A stretch of 64,000 bases of DNA from Vicugna vicugna (lineage: Eukaryota), in NCBI GenBank assembly GCA_013265495.1, contig MU057989.1, positions 1,939,513 through 2,003,512 on the forward strand, in the 5' to 3' direction. The position numbers were made by a program, and so were the translations under genes. A model generated the notes under the pieces. The model was not told the DNA's origin, made no database searches, and was given only the letters and a program-made list of their open reading frames with translations. Below, piece after piece: positions 25,071 through 39,479 of the stretch (position 1 is its first letter; the number at the start of each line of letters is the position of its first letter).

Positions 25071-26044
25071 CCTCTCCTCTGCTAGCTTTATAGAGAGAGT
25101 TCAAGAGTCTTTCCTTTTCATCTTTTATTTCTGGTAAGCAGGATCTAGCCCCTGGAAGGGCCTTGATCATCTTTCATGTTCTTCTGTTTTACCTATTCAG
25201 CTTAACTACCTGAATTAATTTGCTCATTTAGGAGAATATAGTCGCTCTTGTGAACTCACATTTGTTGACACATTGTACGGTGTTAGGATTTTATGCCTCA
25301 ATATCCCGAAGGTAGTTGGAGCAGAGAAAGCTGTTTCCCCTCCCCACTGAGACTTACCAGAAATTTGCCTAATTGATGGCTCTTACTAAGGAATCACCTG
25401 TTGATTCTCTCAACTATTTTCTAATTCATTAGTTTCAGCTCTTACCTCCCTGTCCTTTGTTATCAATCTTCCTATCACTAATACACGGAACTATTACTGA
25501 AGAAATGAATAATGTAAGATTAGGAGATGAAGGCCTAATTATACACAAATATGATACTAAGTGTTAATACAAGTAATTAGGGGACAGAAAAATGTACATG
25601 AAACTACAAGGGAAAGTAGGGAATGTGAAGTCAAAGCAGCTTTCATGGGAGTGAACTTACGTGGATTTCTTCTAGCGCCGGACGCTAGGCCAGAATGTAA
25701 GGACAGCTGCTGCATATTTTGGTCCCATGAAGTCCTTTTACTGCTTCATTTCAAAGTAGGTAAAGTATTAAGAATAGTACCATCAAATAAAATACTATTT
25801 AGTAAACCCAAAATTAAAGGGCTGCTGAGAAAGTCCAGCTTGTCTTTTTATCATAGAAATCGTGTCGATAGCATCTTTTTCACGGCTCGGACGACATCTG
25901 AACAAGCTTTAAATCCTTAAGACTGACCTTAATACAGCAACATTCGAGGAGACAAAATTTACTTTTATTTCTTTAAATATAGATAGTAAAGAGTGAAATT
26001 TTAATACTACATTCCTTAATATCTAAAAAAATTTTCAACTCAAG

Positions 26045-26206
26045 TTTAAACAATCTCAATTTTTATTAAAGAAAAGTATAAAATATTGAATTCTACATTT
26101 TAAAACACTATTGTTTTAGGAATCAGTCAAGTCTCTTCATACTGCCAGCATGTTTCTACTGCTACCATAGTATCTTAAATAAGTCTATCTCCAACAATCT
26201 TGAATT
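26045..26206 (-). other. DDX43: DDX43 terminal non-coding (3'UTR) exon with AATAAA at 26067-26062
   Basis: Minus-strand acceptor ...ttttcag|aattcaag at 26206; poly(A) signal; 3' end approximate. Confidence 0.6.
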
Positions 26207-26654
26207 CTGAAAAATAAATAGGAAAAAAACCATAAATTGATGTTCTCAAATCCTCTTCAAAATTTTTACCTGTGATTAACACATAAAATTGACCATCCTG
26301 ACCATCTCAAGGTGTCCATTTGCATAGCGTGAGCAGCAGCCCCTCTAACGGGAGTGGAGTGATCTTTGAGCTGCATTTCCCCAGTGATCAGTGCAGTTGA
26401 GCAGCTAGGCTGTAGGTCATAATCCTTTATATGACACATGATTTGCAAAAATGTTTTCTCCATAGTTTACTCATGTGGCCCCCTTACTGGACATTTATGT
26501 TACCGTCTTCCTGCTGCAAATATCTCTAATTTGTAAATGCTGTATAAGCAGAAATGTTCAGAAGAGGTTATACCCCCACCAACTCCATTATACTCTTCAT
26601 GATTTCTGTACAACTTCAAGTTATTTTCTTACCTCTGAATTAATACTAAAAAAA

Positions 26655-26762
26655 TTTTTTTGGGTGGGGGTTAAGTTTGTTTTCAGAGGAGGTATTGGGC
26701 GTTGAATCCAGGACTTCATGCATATTAAGCACACACTCTACCACTTGAACTGTACCCTCCCC
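26655..26762 (-). mobile_element. vic-1-like SINE
   Basis: SINE core. Confidence 0.75.
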
Positions 26763-26980
26763 TCTGAATTAATACTTGTAACACTAAGCTACATTAACTA
26801 GAATTTACTTAACAGGTAGAGTAACATCCAATTTATTATGTTCATGACCCTCAGAGATAATGCTGATTACAATAAACACACTAACAAAGCCTAGTGAAGG
26901 ACGACAGGCATTTGAAAGTCCATGTGTTATTCAAATTTTACCTCTTTTAAGTAGACTGACACCACTTTTCAACATAGATA

Positions 26981-27097
26981 TTAATAATAAAACTTCTTGG
27001 GTTTCCCCGGGAGTCGTGCCATTTTTTTTTCCATTTCTTTTTTTAGTTTGTTTGCTTTGTATCTCTCCGCCATCGCTCTGAGATCCTCCGGGATACT
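26981..27097 (-). CDS. DDX43: DDX43 exon 16 (last coding exon)
   Basis: ttcag|SIPEDLRAMAERYKANKLKKEMEKKMARLPGKPKKFYY* (TAA 26983-26981). Confidence 0.92.
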   Translation of the reverse strand, partial: SIPEDLRAMAERYKANKLKKEMEKKMARLPGKPKKFYY

Positions 27098-27575
27098 CTG
27101 AAACCACGGAACATGTTACCAGGATTGAGATGATTCTTTACTGTAACAGCTCTTCTACAATATACTAAAATGCCTCCACATCTTCAGAGAAGCTCTATTG
27201 ATTACATGGCATCTTCCAAGCAGGATGCAGTGTTTCCCTTGGCATATGAAGCACTGAATCTTCAAGCCATAAAAACCACTGTCAGCAAGGATGCTGTGCT
27301 GCCACTCCACTGCTGCCTGGTGCCCTGCCTGGTGCCCCACCCTGGCGCCGTGTTCTGTACGTCCCCTCACCTGCTTCCTCTGCAGCTCTCCAGCCTCCAG
27401 CCCGCTGGGCTCTTCCTCAGCGATCCTCCTCCCTATCGAACTAGGATCCCCCAGTTATATGTTATCATGCCTCATCTTCGCCATGTTTAATCAATGCATT
27501 TCTTGGTAGGCAGGAAGCCCCACCACTTGGGATAAGTGAAATTTGAACGTTAGAACATGCGTTGTACATTCTCAC

Positions 27576-27663
27576 CTGATTTGCTCTTTCCAGAATATTA
27601 ATTAACTCGCTGGCAATCTTCCAATCACTTCTAGTGATAAGGGTAATAGATACCCCAGTCCTC
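27576..27663 (-). CDS. DDX43: DDX43 exon 15
   Basis: gaag|G RTGVSITLITRSDWKIASELINILERANQ|gtgag; 88 nt. Confidence 0.95.
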
Positions 27664-27799
27664 CTTCAAGGGGGAAAAACACTCAATGTAATTTGATTTG
27701 TAATTTATATTCATGACTCAGCTAGCCAAACAATTACAACAGCAGCAGCAAAACCTCAACGGTTTCACAACTCTACCCTGTATTAAGATTTAGTCATTC

Positions 27800-28060
27800 G
27801 GGGGGAAGGGAGTGGGAAGGGATAAACTGGGAGATTTGCAGATACTGACTGGTATACATAAAACAGATAAACAAGTTTATACTGTATAACACAGGGAAAT
27901 ATATTCAATATCTTGTAGTAGCTTACAGTGAAAAAACATGAAAATGAATCTGTATATTCATGTATGACTGAAGTATGGTGCTGTACACCAGAAACTGACA
28001 CAACATTGTAAACTGACTACACTTCAATAAAAATTTAAAAATGTAAAAAAAAAAAAAGAT
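27800..28060 (+). mobile_element. L1 3' end with poly(A)
   Basis: gggataaactgggagattt...cacagggaaatatattcaatatc...aataaaa then A-tail. Confidence 0.8.
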
Positions 28061-28427
28061 TTAATCATTCAAACAGCAATTTGGAATCTGAATAACCTGC
28101 AGTTGTTTAAACAGCGTGTTACAGGGGAGTTACGTTATGATGGTGCTTTCAGGGTAAAAAGGTCCTCTTATATATGCCAGCTTGGCCAACAGAGTAACCA
28201 CTGGGCATGGACTGAAATCGGATAGTGACAGGCAGCCAACAGCAGAGCGGTCTGGTTGATTCCGGAAAAGGCCAACTGGGCAGGGACAAAGTAATAAAGC
28301 AGGTTTGGGGTACAGCCCAGACAATTTACTGGCAAGAGGACAACAGTTTTTGAGTAAGAACAGCCTGTGAGGAGAGTAGGGAGGAGCCAGGTCTGGCTGC
28401 TTCCATGGGGAGGCTGTGCCTACTTAC

Positions 28428-28566
28428 CCTGCTCTTCCGGTGCGCCCCACTCTGTGCACATACTCTTCGATGTTGCGGGGAAAATCGTAATTATACACAT
28501 GTGTGATATCGTGGACATCGAGACCACGAGATGCTAAATCAGTAGCGATCAGTATTCTCACTTTTC
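28428..28566 (-). CDS. DDX43: DDX43 exon 14 (motifs V, VI)
   Basis: [18 protein letters not shown]...[12 protein letters not shown]; 139 nt, AG/GT bounded. Confidence 0.97.
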
Positions 28567-28661
28567 CTAAAGAGTAGAGACACATTGTGGTACAAACCAA
28601 CCCAAGACACATCCAATCAGGTGAACGATTATTGCTTTCAGTATTAAAACGCTTGAGGTAA

Positions 28662-28875
28662 GGGGAAGGTAGAGCTCAGTGGCAAAGCACATGCCTAGCA
28701 AGCATGAGGTCCTGGGTTCCATCCCCAGTGCTGCTGTTAAAAATAATAAATGAATAAAGAAATGAAGCCAATTATCTCCTCCCACCACCAAAGCCAAATA
28801 AATAAAAATTTTAAAATAAAATAAATAAATAAATAGAATCTAATTAACTCCCCCTACCATAAATAAATACATAAA
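28662..28875 (+). mobile_element. vic-1-like SINE with duplicated tail
   Basis: ggggaaggtagagctcagtggcaaagc...ggttccatccccag. Confidence 0.8.
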
Positions 28876-29204
28876 AACACATAAGATAGTGAAAATGGAA
28901 AAGGGGTGCTTGTAAGTCTTAACTGCTGGCAGGTTACAACACAACAGATGACCACACTTCTAACGGTCCCTGGTCACCTGAACCACGTCAAAGGTAGGTG
29001 CTCTCCGGTAAATTATCCCCCACTGCAAATTACTACCTTGACATCCAGGTTTAAACATTAGCCTGAGATAGTTCTGAGAATCTGATTAATATTTAGAACT
29101 CTTAACAGCCGTTCTGGGATCTGCCCACCAAGGACAGATCTTAGAAATGGGTTTCATGAAAAGCTGCCATCACTCAGGCAAGCCCAGCACAGTATATATA
29201 TTTT

Positions 29205-29344
29205 TTAAGTTTCTTTTTTTTAATTAAAAAAAATTTTTTTTAATTTTTGGAGGGGAGAGGTAATTAGGTTTATTTACTTATTTATTTTTAATGGAGGCAC
29301 TGGGGACTGAACCCAGGACCTTGTGCGTGCTATACCCTCCCCCC
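29205..29344 (-). mobile_element. vic-1-like SINE (internal deletion)
   Basis: ggaggtaattagg...gaacccaggacc...ctataccctcc. Confidence 0.8.
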
Positions 29345-29386
29345 ACAGTATACTTTTAAGCTGCGATATTAATTGTACAAATGTAC

Positions 29387-29496
29387 CTGTTTTAAAGTTT
29401 TTTAATGCTCTCTCTCGATCGCTCTGTTCTCTGTTGCCGTGCAGAGACTCTACAGATATGTGTCGGATACCCAGGTCACTTGACAAATGGTCAGCG
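29387..29496 (-). CDS. DDX43: DDX43 exon 13
   Basis: ADHLSSDLGIRHISVESLHGNREQSDRERALKNFKT G; 110 nt. Confidence 0.96.
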
Positions 29497-29697
29497 CTGA
29501 AGCCAAAGATAAAGTCAGGGATCTAAGTGATTATTCTCATACCACCATCAGTTCATCAGTCTTATTTCCATTAACAAAAGCCTGAAGTCACAATACTGTT
29601 AAGACATATACAACCCCATTTGAAATAAGCATGCAAATAGAAACAATGCTCCAGCCAAACCCAGGGCTGATGATGGGAACGTGAAGAAGATACCCAC

Positions 29698-29825
29698 ACA
29701 GCTTTCCGGCTAACAAATACGATGACTTTGTCTCTAGGAGACATGCTCTCTATGAAAGTCTGGATGTGCGACCGTTTCTCATCTTCTGTGGTGACAATTA
29801 TATTTTGCTTCACAGTACTTACAGC
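29698..29825 (-). CDS. DDX43: DDX43 exon 12 (motif IV)
   Basis: AVSTVKQNIIVTTEDEKR...DKVIVFVSRKAV; 128 nt. Confidence 0.96.
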
Positions 29826-30547
29826 CTAAAGGGTTCAAAGATCATAGGACATCAACATTAATGGTCAGTTCAAAATCTACCTTATTTCTGTCTTGGTTAA
29901 ATGTTTTCAGAAACTGCTAGCAGGAAAAATGGCAGATCCTTGCAAAAGTGACCTGTTTCTATTCAAGGATTTACAGCTCAGCCTCTTGCTTTTTACTCAT
30001 CCAAGCTAAGCTGCAAACTCTTGAATGCCTGGCAGTGTTGAAAGCAACCTTTGTAGGAAAAGGAATAACCCTGGTTTGAGGCCAAGGTTATGAAAACGGT
30101 CACCATGAATTATGGGTACACCCTTAGAGTGAAGGAAGATGATCAACTTATGACAGAAAGAACTTGCATTCAGTAAATATTTTGACAACTTCACGCAAAA
30201 TTTCAAAAGATCATTGGTACCATTTTTTGACCCAGAGATAAAACAGATTTTAGTAGCGTTTAATGAAAAGAACCAAGCATTCACCCTGTCTTTTCTGTGA
30301 AATCTAATGAAATAAGCCTAGGCAATGATCCATGATTAATTACTAGTGAGGAAGTAAAAAAGGTCAGTTTTCATGAATGATTAGTGGAAAGGCCATTATG
30401 ATCATGAATGATTAATGAAATTAATGGATTAATTTCAATTATGAAGTGAAAAGCCAGAGAACTATATTTATAATGGCCAAAACATGAAATAATGAACATT
30501 TCCATAGTTAATGAGACATAAACAATAGCAATAAAAAACAAGCTTAC

Positions 30548-30635
30548 AACTAGATCCAAAGTCCCAACATATACAATCATGGGCTCTTTCAAATAAGATT
30601 GTGCAAGTCTCCGGACAGCATATGGCCAAGTTGCG
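30548..30635 (-). CDS. DDX43: DDX43 exon 11 (motif III SAT)
   Basis: SATWPYAVRRLAQSYLKEPMIVYVGTLDLV; 88 nt. Confidence 0.96.
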
Positions 30636-31484
30636 CTGGGAATAAAACATGATACACGAACGTTAAACATTTATTATAAATCTAACATTACTAAGATTCC
30701 CTAAGAATGCTATGAACGAAATTACCTGTGAAAGACAAAATTCAGGTTTTTAATGAGGCAGATTTTACAATGTATGCTTTCACAATGAATTGCTCAACTA
30801 GAATGAAACTACTAGTTTTAACCTTTAAAGAAGTTTAATGAATAGGTTTGTCAAGCACAGGTGAAGGAGATCTACACCTTTCTAATCTATGGAAAGGCAA
30901 AATGAGTTCAGGTTTTAGATTTCTCTTGGCCTTTAAAAAGGGCAAAAAAAACCCCAAAAAAACCCTAAACAAACAAACAAAACAAACACCCCAGTATTTT
31001 TCATACACTATCAGCACGTAAAACCAAGGGCTTATGCCAAACAAAAATGTGTTAACTGTACTGATGAATGGGTATGTAAATTCAGGTGTTTTCTTCACCC
31101 ATATATGACGGAAGTAACCACCTTCTGCATAAAGATGTCAAGTTTAGAGAAAACAAAGTAAGTTTAGTGTATTTCCTCAATCACATACTGTTCTTTTTTA
31201 TGCTAATGACAAAGGACACAAACCCAGGACAAAATGGTCTACAGATCACCCCGCATTTAAATAACAATCATTGCTGCCTCTGCTTTATTTTGGGCTAAGA
31301 AGTATTTGGTTAATATTTACCTCTAAGGACAGGTGATCACTTTTTCAAAGCTAAGACTCCCTAGAAAGTCAACCCTGCATGTTCTTATAAAAATCTAATT
31401 TATACTCCAGGGGTCACTGTCACACTGTTAGACTGCTTACACTAAGTGATGCCATCTTTCACCTACGACGTCAGAATACTTTCA

Positions 31485-31814
<330 letters not shown>

Positions 31815-32184
31815 CTAAATCTATTTATGAAAAAATATTTAAATGCCCAAATATTCATGTGGAATTTTGGGACTTATCTGCATTTTCCATATTTACTAAG
31901 AACACTAAAAATGGGATTATCTGAAAATCCTTATTTTAACAAACCAGAGGGAATGGGAAACACTTCTAGGATTTCAGACCGTCATGAAATGGACAGCCAT
32001 TCTCCACCCCTCCCCTTGTCTGAAGGTGGCCGACAGCAATGGCTAAATGAGCCATGCTGCTAATTTACCTCCTAAGGTGTATTTAGCACGTCAGAAATAT
32101 CTTTTCTCTTGACATGAAGAAAAAAGACAATGAAATTTCAGTACACGGACAGCCATTCCGAAGGACTGATCTGACTTGAATTCA

Positions 32185-32382
<198 letters not shown>

Positions 32383-32761
32383 TCACGATCAGGTTAAGGA
32401 ATATCCCATCACATGTCAAAATCCCAACCGACCTACGCATTTTGGATGTAATAACAAAATAAAGTATGTAAATCAAAAGAGGTATCAGGAGCCTTGGGCA
32501 GTACCAGCCCCTCTCTGAGAACTGTCCACAACCATCACCCCACAACGGCGTGTCCTACAAAGAGTCACGTTTCCATCCTTGTTATCTGACCTGACCGCCC
32601 CCCCAACCCCGACCCTGGCTACGGTTGATGTGGACCAGGGGTAACACCTGACCCAGGTTCAGCCAATCAGATTCTCATGATGTGTGAAAAGTAATGGGGA
32701 GAACGTGTAAGGCTACAAATGATGAAAATGCTGCTGCCGGAACGGCCAAAGAGATGACTTA

Positions 32762-32986
<225 letters not shown>

Positions 32987-33245
32987 CTACAGAAAAACAG
33001 CCAAACAGGAAAATCCTAGGGCTCAGATACAACCTTCCATTTGACACAGCCAGTGCTTTCCTGCATCAAGCATCCTCTCACAGGAATTGTATCGGAAATG
33101 GTAATTTAAACAATTTGTTTCACATGTTTCACTATAAGACTTTAATCCTACGTACTGCTTCCTAAAAATGTTCGGTTTATACTCCACCCGCACAATATAT
33201 GAATCTATTCAACCCCTAAAGAGAACCCGGAAGTAGAAATTCTTA

Positions 33246-33581
<336 letters not shown>

Positions 33582-33605
33582 TTAAGTTTAAAGAAAACAC
33601 ACCTG

Positions 33606-33735
33606 GAGGAGGAGGGTATAGCTGAGTGGTAGAGTGTGTGCCTAGCATGAACAAGGTCCTGGGTTCAATCCCCAGTATCTCCATCGGAATAAACAAATAA
33701 ACCTAATTACTTCCCCCCAAACAAAAAAACAACAA
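33606..33735 (+). mobile_element. vic-1-like SINE
   Basis: gagggtatagctgagtggtagag...acctaattac tail. Confidence 0.85.
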
Positions 33736-33743
33736 AACACTTA

Positions 33744-33944
<201 letters not shown>

Positions 33945-34185
33945 TTAAGGGAAATAGAACAAGGATTAGTGGCTTTGGTCATTGTACTCCCCAAGCAAGC
34001 AGTTCTTCCCAACATTAGTCCAGGTTATATCTAGAAATTCAACTGCCAACTGATAAAGATGTAAGAAGAAATGTGAGCGAGCCCATCTTTTTCTAAACAG
34101 AATAGTTCTAGAGTAAAAAACTGCAATGTACCTATGAATGGGCCGAGGAAAATTTCACAGAAAGGTTAACAATAGACCCTGAGGT

Positions 34186-34330
34186 GGGGAGGGTGCAGCT
34201 CAAGCAGCAGAGTGCATACTTGGCATGCCCGAGGCCCTGGGTTCAATCCCTGGCACCTCCTCTAAAAAATAAAATAAGTAAACCTAATTACCTCCCCCCT
34301 GCCAAACAAACAAACAAACAAACAAATAAA
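34186..34330 (+). mobile_element. vic-1-like SINE
   Basis: SINE head and tail. Confidence 0.8.
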
Positions 34331-35067
34331 AAGTCTTAGGGGAAAAAAATGGATTTTAAAAATTAAAAAAAAAAAGAATGGAGCCTAAAAATTATGCACT
34401 TCATGAATCGAAGTCAGATTTGGCAAATACCTGATGGCCCACAGTGTTTCACACACATTTCTAAAAATTAATCCTCAACAGTCCTTGGAAGTGGGAATTA
34501 TTCTCATTTGACAGGTGATCTTTAGTTACTTGTCCAAGGTCTGAGCTGAGCCCTACCCCTAACCTGGAACAACTGTTCTATCTGCTATACCACTATCTTA
34601 GTTTTATAACAGATATTAATAGAAAAAAATATTGCCTTAGGACCTATTTAATTCCAGATAATGAAGACTGAAGAGGAAGACATTATTCTGATATTCAGAT
34701 CAGGTCAATTTCTTATGATTTGCAACAGCGGCAGAAATAATTCTCTAAAATGGTTGTCTAATACAGCAGGCACTAACCACACTGCCCTTCATATTAAAAA
34801 TTCAGTTCCTCATTTATACTAGCTGTATTTCAAGTGTTCAGTGGCTATATGGATAGTAACGCCTCTATTTGACTCCAATATAGCTCATTTTCCCTCTTTG
34901 CCAAAAGTTCTATTGGACAGCAATGTTCTGAAATATATTATGTAGGATGCAACCAAATTTTCATTTGAATATGGAAGCTATAGCCTCAAATGCAATCATT
35001 TCAAATTTTTTCCTAAAGAGTTAATAGCATACCTATATAAACACTAACAAGTAATAAGACTACTCAC

Positions 35068-35149
35068 CTCCAATTGTCTACCTGTTCCTGTGACATTGAA
35101 CTTGTCGTTTCTGACTCCACGTAAAAGTTTTTCTTAATTGAAGGTAAAC
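35068..35149 (-). CDS. DDX43: DDX43 exon 5
   Basis: GLPSIKKNFYVESETTSSMSQEQVDNWR; 82 nt. Confidence 0.95.
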
Positions 35150-35744
35150 CTGGGACAGAGACGAAAATTCAACCTTGGATGAATAATGAGAATTTACATT
35201 TCATTGACACGAATTCCACGCTTGGCCAGCCAGGTTTACACCAGCCTCTAAGAACTCTCCCTTTTTGGTTTGTCTTCCAGTTACATTGTTCACCCAAGAA
35301 AGAGACCTTTAATAATGAAATATGAAAGAAACCACGCTTCACAGGTGAGTGATGATTCTTCTCTATAGCTGACTGACTTCTTCTTTGAAGGTCTATCCTG
35401 TTACTATTTAGGAATAAAATATTTCTCCTATTCCATCCTCTGAAGCTACTTTGTTTTCTTCTTTAAATGCTTATCATAACTCCTCCAAACTTAAATCCTT
35501 TTTCTGGACCCCCCGTCCCAAATCTCCCCACATACATGTGGTTGTGATGCCCCTGGACAGGCTGACCATCGCAGTGGAATTAACCACTGTTAACATCTGT
35601 CAGAGTTTAGTGCTCACTTTTTAACTTTAAATCAGTGATGTTGTATTGCTGCCTCATTTTGATCACCAGATTAGCACTTGAACTTACTCTGAAATTCAAA
35701 CTCTGAATTTCTTCTCAAGAACTGTATGATTTTACTTAAAATTC

Positions 35745-35907
35745 TTTTCTTTTATTTATTTTTAAATTTGTATTTATTCCTTTTTGAGGGAGGAAGGTAA
35801 TTAGGTTTTAATTTATGTATTTATTTATTTTAATGGAGGTACTGGAGAGTGAACTCAGGACCTTGTGGATGCTAAGCACACACTCTACCACTGAGCTACA
35901 CCCTCCC
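35745..35907 (-). mobile_element. vic-1-like SINE
   Basis: SINE core and tail. Confidence 0.8.
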
Positions 35908-36326
35908 TTCTGTGTGATCTTATCAAATGTTTTTCTCTTCTTATTTTGCCATCGTTGGCCAGGACACTCCAAGATCAATTTTTGCTTAGTCCACAGCTAG
36001 ATGTTAACTCATGGTTGGCAGGTTTACTCACTTCATTTCCCTTTTGGCCCAATTTTCTTTGTATTTTCATTAAACTTGTGCAGTGAGTTACCTCAAATAA
36101 GACAAGGTATAAATAAACTTAACATTTTAACTTTCCATTTATAACAAAAATCGCAACACAGACAATATCGAAATTACCATGCCTCAGGGACTAATTCCAG
36201 CGTTTCAAGTTCTACTGTCATTTTGCATATAGATTTCATTCCTAAAAGCAACACACTACTTAGAGGCTAAAAAACCTCAGTTAAGAGAAACACCACCACC
36301 TGTACATGTCGGGATGCAGCACTAAC

Positions 36327-36452
36327 CTGCCCACTTCTTTTCGCTCCATTTCCAAATATTTTCTCGCAAGTTATCCCAATCAATCAACTTCTGATCTCTT
36401 GAAACATCCTTCCTTGCGTCTTTTCCACCAGAAGTTTGGATAGCAGCAACAT
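36327..36452 (-). CDS. DDX43: DDX43 exon 4
   Basis: DVAAIQTSGGKDARKDVSRDQKLIDWDNLRENIWKWSEKKWA; 126 nt, phase 1-1. Confidence 0.9.
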
Positions 36453-37248
36453 CTGCTTCCAAACAAACAATTAGTTTCCAAACAAATCCTACCAGTCCAA
36501 GGCCAAAACTATTTTTACTATTTTCTGTTTTTAATAACCCAACAATAATGCTTTAAATAGAAAATTCAGGAATTCAGTCCAACAGTGCCATGATAATTCT
36601 GGTCAGGATTTGTCAAGTTATCTACTTCAGATTTCTGAAATGCAAAAAAAATTTACTGGGTAAGTTAAGTAGCATGAGAGCCTAGTGTCTGCTAATAAGT
36701 CACACACCGTTTAATCTTTACAACAACGCTGTGCGGCAGACGCTGCCCCAGGTAAATGGAAGAAGTCTTAGAGCTTTTCAGAGGTTCCTTCCCGAGAAAC
36801 ACCGAAAGGCGATGCTGCCATCTGATCCAATGCTTTTTGCTTCTGGAAATATTTCAATACGGCTTTTTCCCTAGTCCAAGCAGATCTGAGAGTTTTTGAA
36901 AAATATCAAATAAGTAGTCAGTTTTCAAAGTCAGGCACATTCCAGGGAAGTGACCACTAGGCAGGAGACCACGACTAATCCTTGCTCTACCATCAACAGT
37001 GAAATGTCTTAAAAGGTTGTTTTCTTTTTACTCAAAAGTAAAGTTCCTAGGCTGAACCACAGAGGTTAAGTGTTTTGATTTGAGGAAAAACATGCTAGGA
37101 TTTCATAGGAAAAAAAATTCTGTTACAGACAAGATTTAATGAAAGCAATCCAAAGCTTTGCTGTCAGGAAAAGCAGCTATAAAATGGCTTATAACATGAC
37201 TGAAACATTTTAAACTTTACAGGGCTTTAGTGGGTAAAAATTACTTAC

Positions 37249-37375
37249 CAACTCTGCGTTCTGATTTGTATTCTTCTTGTTTTTTAACAAGATCATCTAT
37301 CACCGTTTTCGCTTTGCTCTGCATTGCCTTGGTGCCAAAAATCCTTACTTCTGCCTCAGGGTACCCTTTTATTAC
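37249..37375 (-). CDS. DDX43: DDX43 exon 3 (KH domain C-terminal half)
   Basis: VIKGYPEAEVRIFGTKAMQSKAKTVIDDLVKKQEEYKSERRV; 127 nt. Confidence 0.92.
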
Positions 37376-37654
37376 CTAGATACAAGGGGAAAAATAGGTG
37401 AGACTGAAGTTCCTTCACCCTTCTCCCCTCCAACAATCACTCGACTTCAAACAGTATAAAAGTATAAAGTAAATATAGTATTGCTATCAATCAGCGTCTA
37501 AGATATTATGAATGGATGACAGTTTAGGTGAGTTAAGAAGTATGAAAAGCTTTGGTAACTTACCTAAGTTACCACAGCATGTCAGCAACTGAACAGAGAC
37601 TAGAGTTAGGAATGAACTATGCTTTTTAAAGATTTAAGAACACAGATCACTTAC

Positions 37655-37710
37655 CTGTATTTTGGTGGATGTTGTGCTCTGAATCTCATTTATTTTTGAT
37701 CCGCCACGGC
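37655..37710 (-). CDS. DDX43: DDX43 exon 2 (KH GxxG loop)
   Basis: GRGGSKINEIQSTTSTKIQ; 56 nt. Confidence 0.93.
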
Positions 37711-38089
37711 CTGTTTTTAAAAATAAAGGAATCTTTAAAAATAAATAAATAAAAATAAAGGAATAAAAAAAAAAGCAACTTGAAATCAATAAGGGGAAAT
37801 TTACCTACTTTGCTCAAAGAACCTTCTCTAGTTCCTTCCCAAATCATCCAAACAAAGGCTCCTAGGGTTCAGTAATCACTTTCAGTTTGGAAAAAAGAAA
37901 GCATTTCTATTTCAAATTTTGGTGGATGGTAGGAGGCTCCTTTCCCAGAGAAGGTACTAAGGAGCCATCATCAGCCCAAGCAAAGACAAGACTAATTGGA
38001 CCCAAAGTGTTGGCAAGAATGTGGAGAAACTGGAACCACTGCACGTTACAACTCAATAAAAAAGTTCCAGTTACAAAGGGTCAAAGTTC

Positions 38090-38880
38090 TTGAATAGATC
38101 TTTCTTTAAAGATATATTTATGTTCAACGGGTATATATGAAAAGATGGCGAAGTCAGAGAAATGCAAATCAAAACCACAGTGCGGTATCACCTTATGCCC
38201 GTTACCATGGCTAGCATCAAAAAGACAAGGGGTAACAAGTGTTGGTGAGGATGTGGAGAAAGGGAACCCATATGCACTGTGGGTGGCAATGAAAATTAGT
38301 GTGGCCGCTATTTAAACATTATGGAGGTTCCTTTGAAAAGTAAAAATAAAGTTACCATATGATCCAGCAATTCCACTCCTGGGAATTTATGCACAAGAAT
38401 TGGAATTAGGATCTCCAAAAGATACCTACACTTCCATATTCATTTCACCATTATTCACAGTAGCTAAGAAGTGGAAATTACCTAATTATCTGTCAACAGA
38501 AGATTGGATGAAGAAAATGTGGTATATACATACAATGGACGTTTTCAGCCTTAAAAGGAAATCCTGCCATTTGTGACAACATAGATGAACCTTGAGGACA
38601 TTACACTTGCCATTTGTGACAACATAGATAAACCTTGAAGACATTACACTAAGTGAAATAAGCCAATCACAAAAAAACAGTGGGCCACTTCTATCAGGTG
38701 TTTAATGTAGTCAAACTTACAGAACCAAAGTGGAACGGTGGTTGCTAGGGATGGGGGAATGGGGAAATGAGTAGTTCAGTAGGTAGATTCTGTCATGCAT
38801 GATGAGAATCTTCTAGAGATCTACTACACAACGTTGTTCTTACAGTCAACAATACTGTACCATACACTGTACGCTTAAAA
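38090..38880 (+). mobile_element. Old L1 ORF2-end/3'UTR fragment
   Basis: gaaatgcaaatcaaaaccacag...gatccagcaattccactcctggg. Confidence 0.85.
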
Positions 38881-38918
38881 TCATCGTCTACTACAAGTGG
38901 CAAACCTAAATTCCAATC

Positions 38919-39047
38919 TTTTTTTTGGAGGGGGAGGTGATTAGGTTCATTTACTTATTACTATTTATTTTAACGGAGGTACTGGGGATTGAACCCAGGA
39001 CCTTGCGCATGCTAAGCACACGCTCTATCACTGAGCCAAGCCCTCCC
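38919..39047 (-). mobile_element. vic-1-like SINE
   Basis: SINE core; flanked by ctaaattccaatc direct repeats (TSD). Confidence 0.9.
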
Positions 39048-39479
39048 CTCTAAATTCCAATCATTTTAAAATGCTTTTCAAAAATGAATTTGTAAGACTC
39101 AAGATATACTAAGAAAAACGATGCTGTTTTCCAGCAGATAAATCATATTCAAGTTAAAGAAACTAAATGCAAGATATGGGTAATGTTCTGAGCAGCCTTT
39201 AATATCCTTCATCTTCTTATCTTTGGTTAATGGCTCTAACCCGTGCTCCAGTCGACTGACTTCAGCACTCCTCTCTTGTTCATCTTGGGGTAAGCTGCCA
39301 AAGATCTGATCTTTCATCCCAAAGATTTCATAAGTCTAAGAGTCTGTTCTCCCAAAACATCGTGTATATAAAATATCAAAAGCTACACTGAACGACACCA
39401 TTCTAGCACCAGAAGGTATTAGAAGCACTACAAGAAGAGAGCTGAGTCTCTTCGGGTGGCAGATGATTGGAGGGGAGGA

